This document shows, in pieces, positions 9,286-21,710 of a stretch of 64,000 bases of DNA (the first letter of the stretch is position 1; the number at the start of each line of letters is the position of its first letter). The stretch comes from Asterias rubens. Taxonomy: Eukaryota. The notes beneath the pieces were generated by a model, which was not told where the DNA came from, did not search any database, and saw nothing but the letters and a program-made list of their open reading frames with translations. A program made the translations under genes and the position numbers. Location of the stretch: the NCBI RefSeq assembly GCF_902459465.1, contig NC_047072.1, positions 14,260,001 through 14,324,000 of the forward strand, read 5' to 3'.

Positions 9286-12200
9286 ATGGCCGCCAAAGCA
9301 AAGTTGATCTATTTCGATGGTCGAGGTAGAGGTGAAATCATTCGTTTCACTCTTGCGGCTGCAGGAGTCGAGGTAGTTGAGCTTAATTGTATCTTTTGTC
9401 TTATTTAAATTTAAATTAACTAGGGAATAATAGTTTTGGAGAGCCGGTCTTCACCGCGTGGTAATTGACCGGGTTGGTGGCTGTCCGCTGTCAATGCACA
9501 GGCAGGGCAGAGCTGATTGACAGCAGCACCAACCTATCCCCACTGTCACTGTGTGGCCAATGCTAGCTGAATAACCTAGCCTTGGCCACATAAGTGAGGC
9601 TAGCACCACCATGCACCAACCAAGATGTAAAAAGACGTCCTTATATCATCACGCAGGGATAATTTTCCGTATGGCGCCACCACTTTTTTAAGGTAAATTA
9701 TACACTAGTCGAGCCTACTGCTAGTACCATTTCTACCTCCATGCTTATGCTAGTACTATATTATTTCATATCGAATGAAAAGTGGTGGCGCCATACAGAC
9801 ACTTTTCCACTATTTACTAACTTTGACAGCAAACTTTAAATTCCTCAAATAAAATCGAACTATTCTTCATTTTTGTCTGATTATTTCTTCTTGTAAATTT
9901 TCGCAGTTTGAAGAAGTCTTTCTGACAGAGAGGGAACAGTTCCTGAAACTTCGAGATGGTATGAATAATCATGTATACTTTACCTTATTGTTTAGGCTTT
10001 TCATAAATTCATTTGAAAGAAGGGCAGATTGTGGGCATGGTAGGTTTATTCATCTTGCTCTGTGGTTTATTGGGTTTATTCATCTTGCTCTGTGGTTTAT
10101 TGGGTTTATTTATCTTGCTCTGTGGTTTATTGGGTTTATTCATCTTGCTCTGTGGTTTATTGGGTTTATTCATCTTGCTCTGTGGTTTATTGGGTTTATT
10201 CATCTTGCTCTGTGGTTTATTGTATGAAACACATTGAAAGCAGCGCAGTCAAAGAAGACAAACCTCTGTTGCCACGACGATGCCCCTTCAAGGTTTCCCA
10301 TAGACTTTATATAATTTTAAATGGAAGTGCTCTTTGCGAATGACTCTGCCCTTTCCTAACAATTACTCAAAGTTCATAACAATTTAATTAATTTCCTGTA
10401 GTGTAATAATCATGTGCAGTGGTGCACAGCATGTTTTATGTTAACTTGTTGAGTCTGGCAACGTATTTGGAAACCAAACAAACCCAATCACAATGTAGTG
10501 ACACACACAAAAAACAACAAAACGGTAACAAGCCTTTAAATTGTTAAAGACAGTGGCGGAATTAGTATTGGTACTTGTCAAAGGCCAGTCTTCTCACTTT
10601 ATTTATCTCAACATATGCATAAAATAACAAACCTGTGAAAATTTCAGCTCAATCGGTCATCGAAGTTGCGAGATAATAATGAAAGAAAAAACACCCTTGT
10701 CACACGATGTTGTGTGTTTTCTGATGCTTGATTTCGAGACCTCAAGTTATAAATTTGAGGTATCAAAATCAAATTCGTGGAAAATTACTTCTTTCTCAAG
10801 AGCCATTTCTCACAATGTTTTATACTACCAACCTCCCCCATTATTCGTTCTTTGAGTAATTACCATAGTGTCCACTGCCTTTAATCAATTGGTCGCTTTA
10901 TAATGTTATTCAAATTTCTTTGTCAACTTTTTTTCTGATGTATTTGTATGGATTGATTTTGTTGATACCTTCAGATGGTGAACTCTTGTTCAATCAAGTA
11001 CCTGCTCTCATGATAGATGGACTGAAGCTCGTCCAGGTCGGTGCTATCTGTAGATACATCGCTCAAAAACATGGACTAATGGGCAAATCGGTTGAAGAAT
11101 CTGCAATGTAAGATCAGAACTTAGGGCTGGGCTGTGTTCAGCAGTAGGCATGGTGTTTACTAATGTCATATTGCATCAGCTTATTATTCCTATCTGAAGA
11201 AAACAAATCTCACCAACTACTGTGTAACTAAAAATAACATTAAAATTATTTTAGTATACAGCAAAAAAAAATAATAATACCATCTACTTATACTTCTGCC
11301 TTCTTAAAAGTATTGACTTTTGGTCCACTAAATGTTGAGGCTATGTGATGAATTTTTCTTGAATTCCAAATTTTTAAGTGATTGTCGTATTTTGGTTTGA
11401 ATTCTTTCAGGGTGGATATGTTGTTTGAGGCCTACAAAGATTTCATCGGAATTGGTGTCTTGGGAGTACAGTTTAAGAAGACTGAAGAAGAGAAGCAGCA
11501 AGACATAGAAATGATCGCAAAGAGATCTAAGGAGCGATATGTGCCCATGTTTGAAAAGGTGGGATATTAAAAACTTTGGTATGAGCCCTATTTCCCAGCA
11601 GTGTCCCTCTTAAGGCAGCAGAGGACCAGGTTGAATTCTCTTTAAATTGTCCAGCTGGCCAGTCTAGAAAAACATCCCTATTTTGTATGAAAAATGGACC
11701 CAAGAGCGGAGGGACTGGTGAAGCGAAAAGGTACTTGTCCTGGCTGGTAACTTGAAAAAATGAGGGCATCTTCTGCCCTGAAGGAATTTCCCAACACCCG
11801 GGTCAAATACACCAGATCAAAAGATGCTGATGGCATGTACACGTACCGGTAGATTTTTTGAATCAGGTTGTTCATGTTTCATGAGGCTACGTTAGAACTA
11901 TAGTTGTTGTCGGGGGGGGGGGGGGGTGGGTTGCGTGTGTGTATGTTTACATGATATCTCAAGATGTTGGTACAGTTTGGATCTGTACTGTTCAAAATTG
12001 GACCATTTATAACCTTAAGGGCAAGAGATACTACACAAAAACCCAAGTTACCTCAATGTCGCTTTGTTTAAAAGGTCTTTAATCAGCTGGAAAATATGTT
12101 TGGAAATTTTACAAAGTGCAATCAAGGATGCAGAAAGTTCTCACCACCTTTGACTTCATTGCTTTTTTTCAGATCTACGAGAAGAGTACCTCTGGGTTCC

Positions 12201-13015
12201 TTGTTGGAGACTCGTTGACTCTGGCAGACCTTTGTTGGTTGGAAGTTTTTCTGTGGGTTGTTGAGTTAGTACCAGAGTTGTCTTCCAGTTTCCCGCGTAT
12301 GACTGTAAGTATTTTACATAACCAGCTCCACCAGATTTAATATGATTTTTATGTTTGTGTACATAGCCCTTTTCACATTACTGTCCCAGGGGTTAATAGC
12401 AGCTAGCCACTTCACACTATGATCGCTTTACCCCTAGTCTACCCCGGCAAATTGATATACCCTGGGGAAAAGGCCATCTTGCTCCAGAGTAGGGTTAGGC
12501 CATTAAACCAATGAGTATTCTTAAAAACATGCATCATAGACCCCGTGGAATTGGGACATGGTGTGAAAGTATGCCTGGGTAACCGTGGGGTTAAAACAAG
12601 TCCCGGGTCACCCCAGGGTTGTATTCCAAAGGGAAAAGAGATAAAGTGTGAACAGGGATTATTTGAGTGCTACTGCGGTGTTGCATTGCAAAACATACAT
12701 TTTACAGTAAATTCTGAATATATTGAAGTTTGGAAAGATCACCAAGATTATATTTATCATGTACATGGGACCGTATCATTTGTTTCCCCACAAAAACGTC
12801 TAAGAGAATGAAAAAGCAAATGTTTGATTATCAAAGTTTCATTTCTGATTATTTTGATTTTGTCATTTTCTTTTGATTTTTTTATGTATATATAGGCTTT
12901 TGTGAGTAAGATCTCGTCTCAGCCAAGAGTCAGCGCTTTTTTGAAAGGACCTCAGAGGCACTCCCCGCCTGACCAGCCGTACGTCGCTACAGTCAGGAAG
13001 GTGCTGCAATTTTAG
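9286..13015 (+). CDS. Glutathione S-transferase, alpha-class-like (223 aa)
   Basis: Exons 9286-9372, 9907-9958, 10975-11107, 11411-11558, 12173-12304, 12896-13015 (672 nt, GT-AG, in phase). N-terminal KLIYFDGRGRGEIIRFTLAAAGVEF (catalytic Tyr and Arg as in GSTA YFNARGRME), LLFNQVP, LVQ..AI, FLVGDSLTLADL, and C-terminal extension RHSPPDQPYVATVRKVLQF. Confidence 0.93.
9657..9808. mobile_element. Short palindromic MITE-like element in GST intron 1
   Basis: Inverted ends ttccgtatggcgccaccactttt...aaaaagtggtggcgccatac. The same element occurs three times at 36613-36983. Confidence 0.7.
10043..10222. repeat. 30-bp minisatellite, 6 copies, in GST intron 2
   Basis: Unit ggtttattcatcttgctctgtggtttattg repeated six times with a single substitution. 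Confidence 0.97.
10548..10880. mobile_element. TTAA-flanked MITE family 1 (opposite orientation, internally deleted)
   Basis: TTAA at 10544-10547 and 10881-10884. The right TIR ...atagtgtccactgcct and the internal sequence match 4078-4494. Confidence 0.8.
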
Positions 13016-13955
13016 TTAACCAGCATTGCTCAAACTTAACATACAAATACAATGTCTGGTGGGTCTAACAGTGAATATTCCCCACTTTTAAAAATCAATA
13101 CCAACAAATTTATTTGTTTTTGTGTTAGTGATGACAAGTTAATTAATATTTCTTTGTTTGAATGTTTATTGTATTGTTAAATACTCTTCTAAGAAAGAAA
13201 CAAGATCCAGGCAATAATTATAAACCAAAATCATGAAACAATAACAAATAAATTTTAAGAAATCCATTCTAGGGGTAGAATCTCTTTGCAATTTTTGTAT
13301 CATAAGTTTCCAAATTTAACTATCTTTGTTCATCGTTCAACAATCTGAGGCTGAATCTTCATTTGGAAGTGTTTTTTATGCCCCGCAGTTGGCAAAGCCA
13401 TCCAAGGGGCATACTGTGTCTGACATGTCTTTCCATTGATGTTTGCAACCATTGACCGTAACTCGAGAAGGACTTTGCATATCAACTCCAAACATTGTGT
13501 GCGGGTTGGTCTTTAAAATCCCCCAGAAGCCTATTGTTTTGGGACCCCTACCTCAGGTATCAAGGATTAATTGTGTTTACCAATAACCACTTCGTTTCTT
13601 TTTTGTCTAAAAGATATTGCACTGAATTGAAAGTATTCCTCCTAAATTCAAAGTTTTGTATTCATATATTCCTAAGCAGCTTGTATTAGAAACATAGATG
13701 ACTCGTAAATCATCACCCTATTTGTATTTTGCTAAAAGCTAGCTCAGTTCCTTGACTTTTATTAAAAAACTTAAGTGTATCGAAAGTTATTGGCTTTTCT
13801 AAAACTAGTTAGTTTTACCAATGTGCATTATTGTATTGTATGACAGCATTGGAATAAATGTTACTGAATTAATATACATAGATGATGTGTATCGTTCCTT
13901 CCAACCTTGTCAGCTGATTCTTGTATGAAAAGTTTAACTATAGTAGAACCTTTAA

Positions 13956-14335
13956 AGGCAGTGGACACTATTGGTAAAGACTCAAAATATTTATCAGCAT
14001 AAAACCTCACTTGGTAACGAGTAATGGGGGAGAGATTGATAGTGTAAAACATTGTGAAAAACGGCTCCCTCTGAAGTAACGTAGTTTTTGAGAAAGAGGT
14101 AAGTTTCCACGAGTTTGATTTCGTGACCTCAAGTTTAGAATTTGAGGTCTCGAAATCCAGCATCTAAAAGCACACAACTTCGTGTGACAAGGGTGTTCTT
14201 TTCTTTCATAGTTATCTCGCAACTCCGACGACCAATCAAGCTCAAATTTTCACAGGTTTGTTATTTTATAAATATGTTGATATACACCAAGTGAGAAGAC
14301 TTGTGTTTGACAATTACCAATAGTGTCCACTGTCT
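13956..14335. mobile_element. TTAA-flanked MITE family 1
   Basis: AGGCAGTGGACACTATTGG...CCAATAGTGTCCACTGTCT with TTAA on both sides (13952-13955, 14336-14339). Confidence 0.9.
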
Positions 14336-16237
14336 TTAATTTCATAACTTCATGTTGATCATAAATTTTGTACGGATATAAACTTTTGATACTTGCAGTA
14401 TATTTGATACAAAAACTCAATTAAACGAGGGAAGAGTACTCCTAAAGTATATTTTTTTGTGATAAATCCGATTTCATTTTGCAAAAAGTTTTGAGCTGTA
14501 CACATGTGAATGCTGAAACGGATAACCCACAAGTTGAAACAAAACAAAGTTGTTTCTATTAGCTTAAGGGTTTTCCTTAACAACACAAGCCTCATCATAA
14601 TATGGCGCATTATTTTGTTTACTTCATTATCCGATTCAAAAACAGTAACTAATCGTTTTAGTTTTTCGACTGTCTCAAAACCGAGTGTGTTACATGTAAA
14701 TTGTGTGTTAGCCAGCACTTTGGAATATACATGTACAATGTATGGTGCATATAAAAATAAATCATGATGTATTCAATCAAACAAAATCCGACGTTTTTTT
14801 GTCAGTGTTTGAATCTGTGTAATATTTTTGAGTAGCTTAAACAGCAAAAACAAAGCTTAGTAATATTGGTTATTGGTATGTTTTATTTATTTCAGTTAAC
14901 CGACCTTTTTGTGATAAAATAATTTACACAAAAGGTTTTTTCAAAAGAGGAACAGTACTTTTTCAACTTCGCTGTAAATGAACTTGTTTGGAGTTGGAGT
15001 TCATATTTTTATATTTTATTTTATTCAGGGCCACGCCCTTAGAACCATCATTATGCGCTTTACAGAATGCCACAAATTAAATGTTTAGCGTCTGAGTTCG
15101 TGAAAGAGGGTGCGGAGAGGGGCATTTATTTATTTTTTATTTTCAAGGTGGCTGCTTTCCACTGTTCTGCACACACATGAATGCAAGAAATAATTATTTA
15201 TGTTGCACTCAGACAAGGCACAGTACATGCAGTTCATTGCTTACATTTAAAGTGGTTTTAGTTTTAGCTTTAACATAGGGGCACCAATTGCAACAAGGTA
15301 AACTTTATGGAGTTTTGACTGGTTAAGCAAGATTTGTCTGTGCTTAGCAAGTTTAATGCTAACTGGCTTTATGAAATTGTGTCCCATTTTTAACCATGTA
15401 ACCAGCACAGGCTAAGTGATGAATTGCAAGTTGGTATTTTGTTGAGTCTTTTTATATATCTTTTAATCTCATATTGAATTGTAACAAAAAATTAAATCAG
15501 CAGCCCCAAAAAGGAAGCGGGCGGGGAAGCTTAACATCTTGTTCTGTTTTTCTTCGCCATGCAAATGGGCCCTGTGCCCAATTTCAAAGCTAACTTTTGC
15601 TTTTTTAGAAAACTGTTGCAATATTTTCTGTAAACAAAAATTAGGGCCCTGGTTGTGTGGTATTGAATGTTAACTGTTTTTTGACAAAGACTGAACAAAA
15701 ATGTCAAAAGATTTACCTGCATTCTTTCTCTTTCATTTCTTAGTGTAGTTTTAAAGAGGCATTGTCTTGAAAGAAGAGAACAGTTTCTGAAACTTCAAAA
15801 TGGTAATGAACTTTATAAATCATAAAGATTTTGTTTAGCAACTCTTAAGTGTAGTCAATCCAAAATCAATCTTTTTAATATAGCTTCTGATCTCTTAGTT
15901 TGGACTTATTGTTTCACAGTTTTGACTTATTATCTAGTAATTGTTGACTTAAAAATGACTTATTATTCCGACTAAAACTTACAAACAAGAGTTCCGCAAT
16001 AATACAATTTGAAACCTAATGCTATCCTTTAACCATTTCACTTTTTTAGCTCTATATCAAAGTTCAAAGTTGTCTTGGTAACCCCCTACAGGCAGAGAGG
16101 ACGAGGGATGAATGGAAAGTCAAGTTTGAGCTCAGCCAGGGTCACCTTATTATACAACTAAACAGGTAACATGCTTGACTGGTTGAGTTTGGTGTTAAGC
16201 ATGCTCCCTTCAATTCACCATAGCATAGCAACTGTGA

Positions 16238-16568
16238 ATGTCATGGCCTAGCCGTCTAGTTCAAGGTGTTGTCTGCAGAAGAGTGTGGGTTTGAATCGTG
16301 GTCATGCGAGACACCTGTGCCATTGAGCTAGGCACTTAAGCATCATTGCTTTATAAAAAGTTGGGAAGGTAGTGCATTCTGCTCAACCAACAAGGCTGCT
16401 AGTGGACGACACCCTTCCTATTCTTACGGAATTTGAATTAATGTGAATAGGGTAACCCTGTTTGAGCGTGCCCTTGCTGACACTTGATCTAGGGTGCACC
16501 TTTAAGTGGCTGTCCAGCCTTGTGAGTTGGGATAAAATACAAAATAAAAAAATTAAAAAATTAAATAA
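16238..16568 (+). mobile_element. Diverged tRNA-derived SINE (related head, different body)
   Basis: gtcatggcctagccg...gagtgtgggtttgaatc...gacacctgtgccattgagctaggcacttaa resembles the head of the 6003-6394 SINE and ends in an A-rich tail. Confidence 0.55.
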
Positions 16569-17474
16569 TCCCCCCCCTTATCATGTAATATTAAGGTAAA
16601 TAAGTCAAAATTATCTGATAATAAGTCAATAAAATAAGATAAAAGGTCAAAATTGCAAGGTAATAAGTTAAATTATGAGATAATACATGGAAATGACCAG
16701 GTCATACCCAACATGACATGGGTGACAACTGAGTTGCAACTAATGCAATGTATAGCTTATCGTCTTTTTGGATACAGTCGACCACAAAATTTGTTTTTGT
16801 GTGCATCCAGGAGGAAACAACTTCACAATGACAATCTCTTTTACAATTCTAATGTGTGACATAAATCCAATAGGTTTTACTGCAGTGGCATAAGAATGAG
16901 TTATTCGGGGTATGGATTACCAATGCACGGATGTTTTTAGTTTAATAATGGATCTTAATTTTGTTGATACCTTTAGATAATGAAATGCTAGTACCTCAGG
17001 ACTTATACTTGATTGAATGAAATTCCAGTCTGCTGCCTCTGCAGATGAATCCATACTATTGTTTGTTTGTTTGTTTTTTATTTCCAAATATCACAATAAA
17101 TAATCATGAAACATACAAGAAATAAGAACAACGAGTGATAAGAGGAGGGCACCAGGAAAAAGCCTAGGCTTGTACAGAGCCTGGACCCTTTATAATATAA
17201 ATTAATAGGTTTTACTTTATAACAATAACAATGTTGATTATTGAAATTAAGGTACGGTGAAAGGTATAGTGCATACAGCAAAAATAACACAAAACAATGA
17301 CTGTTTGTAAATAAACTGTTTTGAAAAAAAATTGTTTGCTATGCAGCCATAAATACATATTGAGAGTTGATAACAAAAAGGAAAATTAACAGAACATTAT
17401 TTAGGAAATTACAAAAAACTTGATAATTTGGAATGGATAATCATGGTACGCGTGTAGTTACAGGTGGTGTCATT

Positions 17475-20400
17475 TTAGACGATACTGGTTATAAGTAGGT
17501 TTTTCATGTATTTTTTGAAACTGTGCACAGTTCTAAATGAAGGTATTGGGGTGAGCTGATTCCAGAGTAGGGGGCCTTGATGTCTGACTGTTTTCATAAA
17601 TAAAGTGGTCCGAGCCTTTCCAATATGAATTTTAGTAGCTGATCTAGTGTTATGTGAATGGATGTCAATATTTCGTGTAAAGAGGAGTCTTATGTTACCT
17701 GGTAACAAGTTAAATTCAAACTTTAACATAAGGACCCCAAGATGATATTTATACAGTTTAAAAATATCGAGTGTTTTAAATTGCTTGAAAAGGGGTGCAG
17801 TGTGCTCTCTAAAGCTAAAATTGGCTATAACTCTCAAGGATTTCTTCTGTACGATTAATAGCTTGTTCAGGTAAGAAGCATGAGTATTTCCCCAGGCTAG
17901 AATCCCGTATTGAAAGTGGGGCAATGCCAGCGTATTATAAATAGAGAAAAGCACATTTCTAGGCAGAATATGTTTAAGTTTACGTAGAACACCCACAATT
18001 TGGGAAACTGATGTGTGAATCTTTTGGCAGTGAGACTTCCATGTAAGGTTGCTGTCAATTATAACACCTAGAAATCTAAAAGAATTAACTTGGCTTATTT
18101 TAGAGTTGTTTATATAAATATTGATGTTGTCATCTTTACATATATTTGAAAATAACATAAAGCAAGTTTTCTTTTCATTAATTGATAGTTTGTTACATTT
18201 AAACCACAATGAAACCTTATGCAGTTCTGAGTTCATTACTGAAACTGCCTCCTTTAAGTTACTATGACTAAAGAAAACATTGGTGTCATCGGCAAAAAGA
18301 ATAAAAGATAACAATTTCGAAGAATTACAGCTATCGTTTATATATAAGAGAAAGAGTATTGGACCTAGAATTGAACCTTGAGGTACGCCACATTTAATAG
18401 TTTTAGATGTAGAGTCATAATCTTTCCAATGAACGAATTGTTTCCTATCAGAGAGATAGCTTTTGAACCAGTCCAAGGCCTTTCCCCTAATTCCATACCT
18501 CTCAAGCTTTGAAAGTAAGATAACATGATCAATAGTGTCGAATGCCTTTGAAAGGTCCAAGAACAATCCTATAGTGTGGTGACATTGATCAATAGACGAA
18601 CTGATTTTGTCAACAAGGTCTATAAGTGCCGTTTGGGTTGAGAAGTTAGCACGGAAACCATACTGGGAGTTATGCAGAATATTATACTTAGTTATAAAGG
18701 TATTAAGACGATTAGCAACCAAGCGCTCAAGCAATTTGGAGAGACATGGTAATATAGAAATAGGGCGGTAGTTGCATATTAATTTAGGGTCACCATTTTT
18801 ATACAAAGGAATAACCTTAGCCTTCTTAAAAATCATGTGGCACAATTCCTGACTCCAGCGATAGGTTAAATATTTTCAGCAACGGCCCAGCAATAATGGT
18901 GCCAGTCTTTTTAATAAGATAGCTGTTTAATTTATCATGGCCAGGACTTTTGTTAGACGATAAACCATCAATACACTTCAGAAGTTCACTTTTAGTTATA
19001 GGGGTAATAAAAAGAGAATTAGGATAATCACCTTCGATAAAATCAGTGGGGTTTAGTCTTGAATCCGGAATCTTTGATGCCAGGTTAGGACCAATATTAG
19101 TAAATAAATCGTTAAAATGCTCAGCAATGTGTCTTGGGTCGTCTACGGTCGTACCATTGACAAAGAATGAATCAGAACCGGGCGGCTTTTTACTTCTTTT
19201 GTTCAAGACATTATTGATCATTTTCCATGTTTGTTTAATATTACCTTTTTCCTTATCAAAGGAAGCAGTGAAATAAATCTTTTTCGCTTCTCTAATTACA
19301 GTTGTTAACTTGTTTCTGTATTTATCATACTTTCTTTTGTTAGATTCATTTGGGTTTCGGAGATAACATTTATACAACTTGTGTTTTCGTCTGATTGATT
19401 TCAACAGACCCTTGGTCATCCAGGGATTGCACACGGATTTCTTACATTTGAATCGTTTATATGGAACATATCTATCAAACACTTCATTTAATTTTGTAAC
19501 AAACCGGGAGTAACATTCATTTACATCTTCAGTATTAACAATTTCATCCCATTGGATTGTGTCCATTTCACGTTTCATGAAGGAGACATTTCGATCTCTG
19601 GTATCCCGTTTCCAATAAAACATATTTGAGTTTGTAACTTTAACAAAACTTGTACCGAACAATACAATTGGCAAATGATCACTAAGACCTGAAGTAATAA
19701 TTTCTGCCTGATGAGAGTCTACGCTGTTGGTGAAAATGCTGTCAATAAGAGTAGCTGAATTGCACGTTATTCTTGTTGGTTTGTCTACAGTGGGGCGAAA
19801 GGAGTGTGAATATAAGATATCCAAAAACTCGCGAGTTGGGTTATGGGAATCACTTTTAAGTAAGTTTATATTGAGATCCCCTAAAATGTAGCAGATTTTG
19901 TTTTCAGTCGTTAGTTTGTTAAGAATTTCATCCATTTCTTCGGAAAAGTTAGAAACAGCAAGACCGGGAGGTCTGTAAATTAAACCTATGATGATAGTTT
20001 TCTTTGTATTTGTACCGATTTCTAAAAAAATTGATTCAAAACATCCTGAAGCACTAACAATGTCGGGCCGAATGGTGTATTGCAATGAGTCATTTACATA
20101 TAACATGACACCACCGCCATTTTGCATAGGTCTATTTTTGTGCTCACATTTATATCCAGGAATGGATAACATAGAATGCGGGGTGATTTTGAGCCATGTT
20201 TCAGTAAGACCGATAATGTGGAACTTATGTTGTATTTCATTTAGAGTAAAGGTGAGATCTTCAACATTTTTGTTTACACTTCTGATATTGGCGTGGAAGA
20301 TTGAAAAGGAGTCATTTTCTAATTCCTTTGTTTTATCTCTGAGTTGTCTTTCTGACAGGTATTGAGCACCACAGGTGTTAAATAAAAGCTGACTAGGATT

Positions 20401-20511
20401 CGCTGAATTCAGAATTGTCGGGTTAAAAACACAATCATTGAAACGAAGAGTAGTGTCATTCAATGGCTCAGAGCTACTGTCGTCAATACTTGCGCTTTCG
20501 TTATCACTCAT
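17475..20511 (-). CDS. LINE ORF2: apurinic endonuclease + reverse transcriptase (~1011 aa after fixing one +1 frameshift at 18828-18832)
   Basis: APE motifs NIRSVNKN, GLTETWL, GGGVMLYV, IYRPP, GDLNINLL, IDSIF, SDHLPI. RT motifs YRPISILP, QYGFR, LDLSKAFDTIDH, GVPQGSILGP, FADDT. The junction GIVPHDF/KKAKVIPLYK is restored by removing one T. Confidence 0.93.
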
Positions 20512-20817
20512 TGTGTGAAATGAATTCAAATTGGTGACGACGGACAAGCAGACTGATTAAGTACAATGGGGTGATTACATGTATCAAGCTAAGAATAAGA
20601 AGATGCACTGTGTACAGACTGATGAAAGCAAAGGGAACAAAATGGCACCACAATATAAAGCAACATGGGGTAACTTGATTTACAAGAAAATAACACAAGT
20701 ACATTCCAATAAGATTGATTTGTGAAAATAATATACAATTAAATTTAAAGAAATCTTGTGATAACACTCAGAAGAAAATTACTCAGCTGACGTGGGTTGT
20801 ACTATGAAGAAAACAAG

Positions 20818-21710
20818 CTAGGAGATGGGGGTTGCTTCCCCAAGCCGAAAGGTCTTGAACGGACCGCTTTTCAGTTTGTAGGAGATTACTGCGGGGACGG
20901 ACATAGGGATGTAGGCGAACTGTACCCTTGAGTCATTTCGAATGGATTGGAGATGATCCTCTCTGAGACATTTTCTGCCTGCCCGGATCCTTGAGGTGAC
21001 GTCATCGGTGATGTAGATGTTAGCTCCTTTGTAGGGATTGTTCTTCAAGGTTCGGGCGGCGTTTTTGAGAATGAATTTTCTGTCCGTATACCTGAGGAGC
21101 TTGACGTGAATTAGTCGTGGGCGAGTCTGAGTACCGGACCCGGAGCGAGATTGATGGTTTCCCGGAGTGCGGTGGGCCCGTTCGATTTCAACTTCTTCAC
21201 TTCCCTCCAGCTTCATGTGGAAAGCTAAAAAGCCCGCCACAAACTCCTCGCAGGACTTTTGATCTTTCTCAGATCCCTCTGGGACACCATGGATGACAAT
21301 GTTATTTCTCCTGTTCCGGTTTTGAAGATCGTCTAGCTGGTTACCAAGCTTGTGTGTATCACTATGGTGACCGTCGAACCTGCTGTTTGTGGCTGCTAAG
21401 TGATTCATATGTTGCTTCTCAAGCATTTCCAGAGATGTTTTAGGTCGTTAATGTCCTTGATGTTGGCACTAACACGATGATCCATATCCCGGAGGTTGAC
21501 TTCAAGGGTGGACAGTCTAGCACCCATGGTCTCCAGAGTAGCGAGAATTTTGTCCAGCTTGGTGTTCACATTGGCCAATGAACCATGACAAGACTGGCAG
21601 CCATCTTGCACCCCAACAGGCTCCTTGGGGGATTGGGTCGGTGACGGATCCCGTTTCCCTCGTTTTTTGCTTCCTCGTGCAGGTTTACTCTTTTCAGGTG
21701 ATTCGGCCAT
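20818..21710 (-). CDS. LINE ORF1: coiled coil + L1-ORF1-like RRM/CTD (~297 aa after fixing one -1 frameshift at 21438-21441)
   Basis: RRNNIVIHGVPEG, EIERAHR, PRLIHVKL and IYITDDVT are typical of L1-type (Transposase_22-like) ORF1p, preceded by a heptad-rich region. Adding one A gives DLKTSLEMLEKQ. Confidence 0.85.

Noticed and set aside
10043-10222. Regular 30-bp repeats resembling a CRISPR array
   Set aside because: The units are directly adjacent with no unique spacers, there are no cas genes, and the context is eukaryotic.
9961-10343. Repetitive ORFs in several frames (FIHLALWFIG, MNKPNKPQSK, LFILLCGLLG)
   Set aside because: These are translations of a 30-bp intronic minisatellite, which is open in many frames by construction.
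14359-14767. Overlapping 119-aa and 85-aa ORFs downstream of GST
   Set aside because: They show no domain similarity and no splice context. I also looked here for exon 1 of the GST fossil and could not support it.
19046-20365. Plus-strand ORFs within the LINE
   Set aside because: These are antisense shadows of ORF2.
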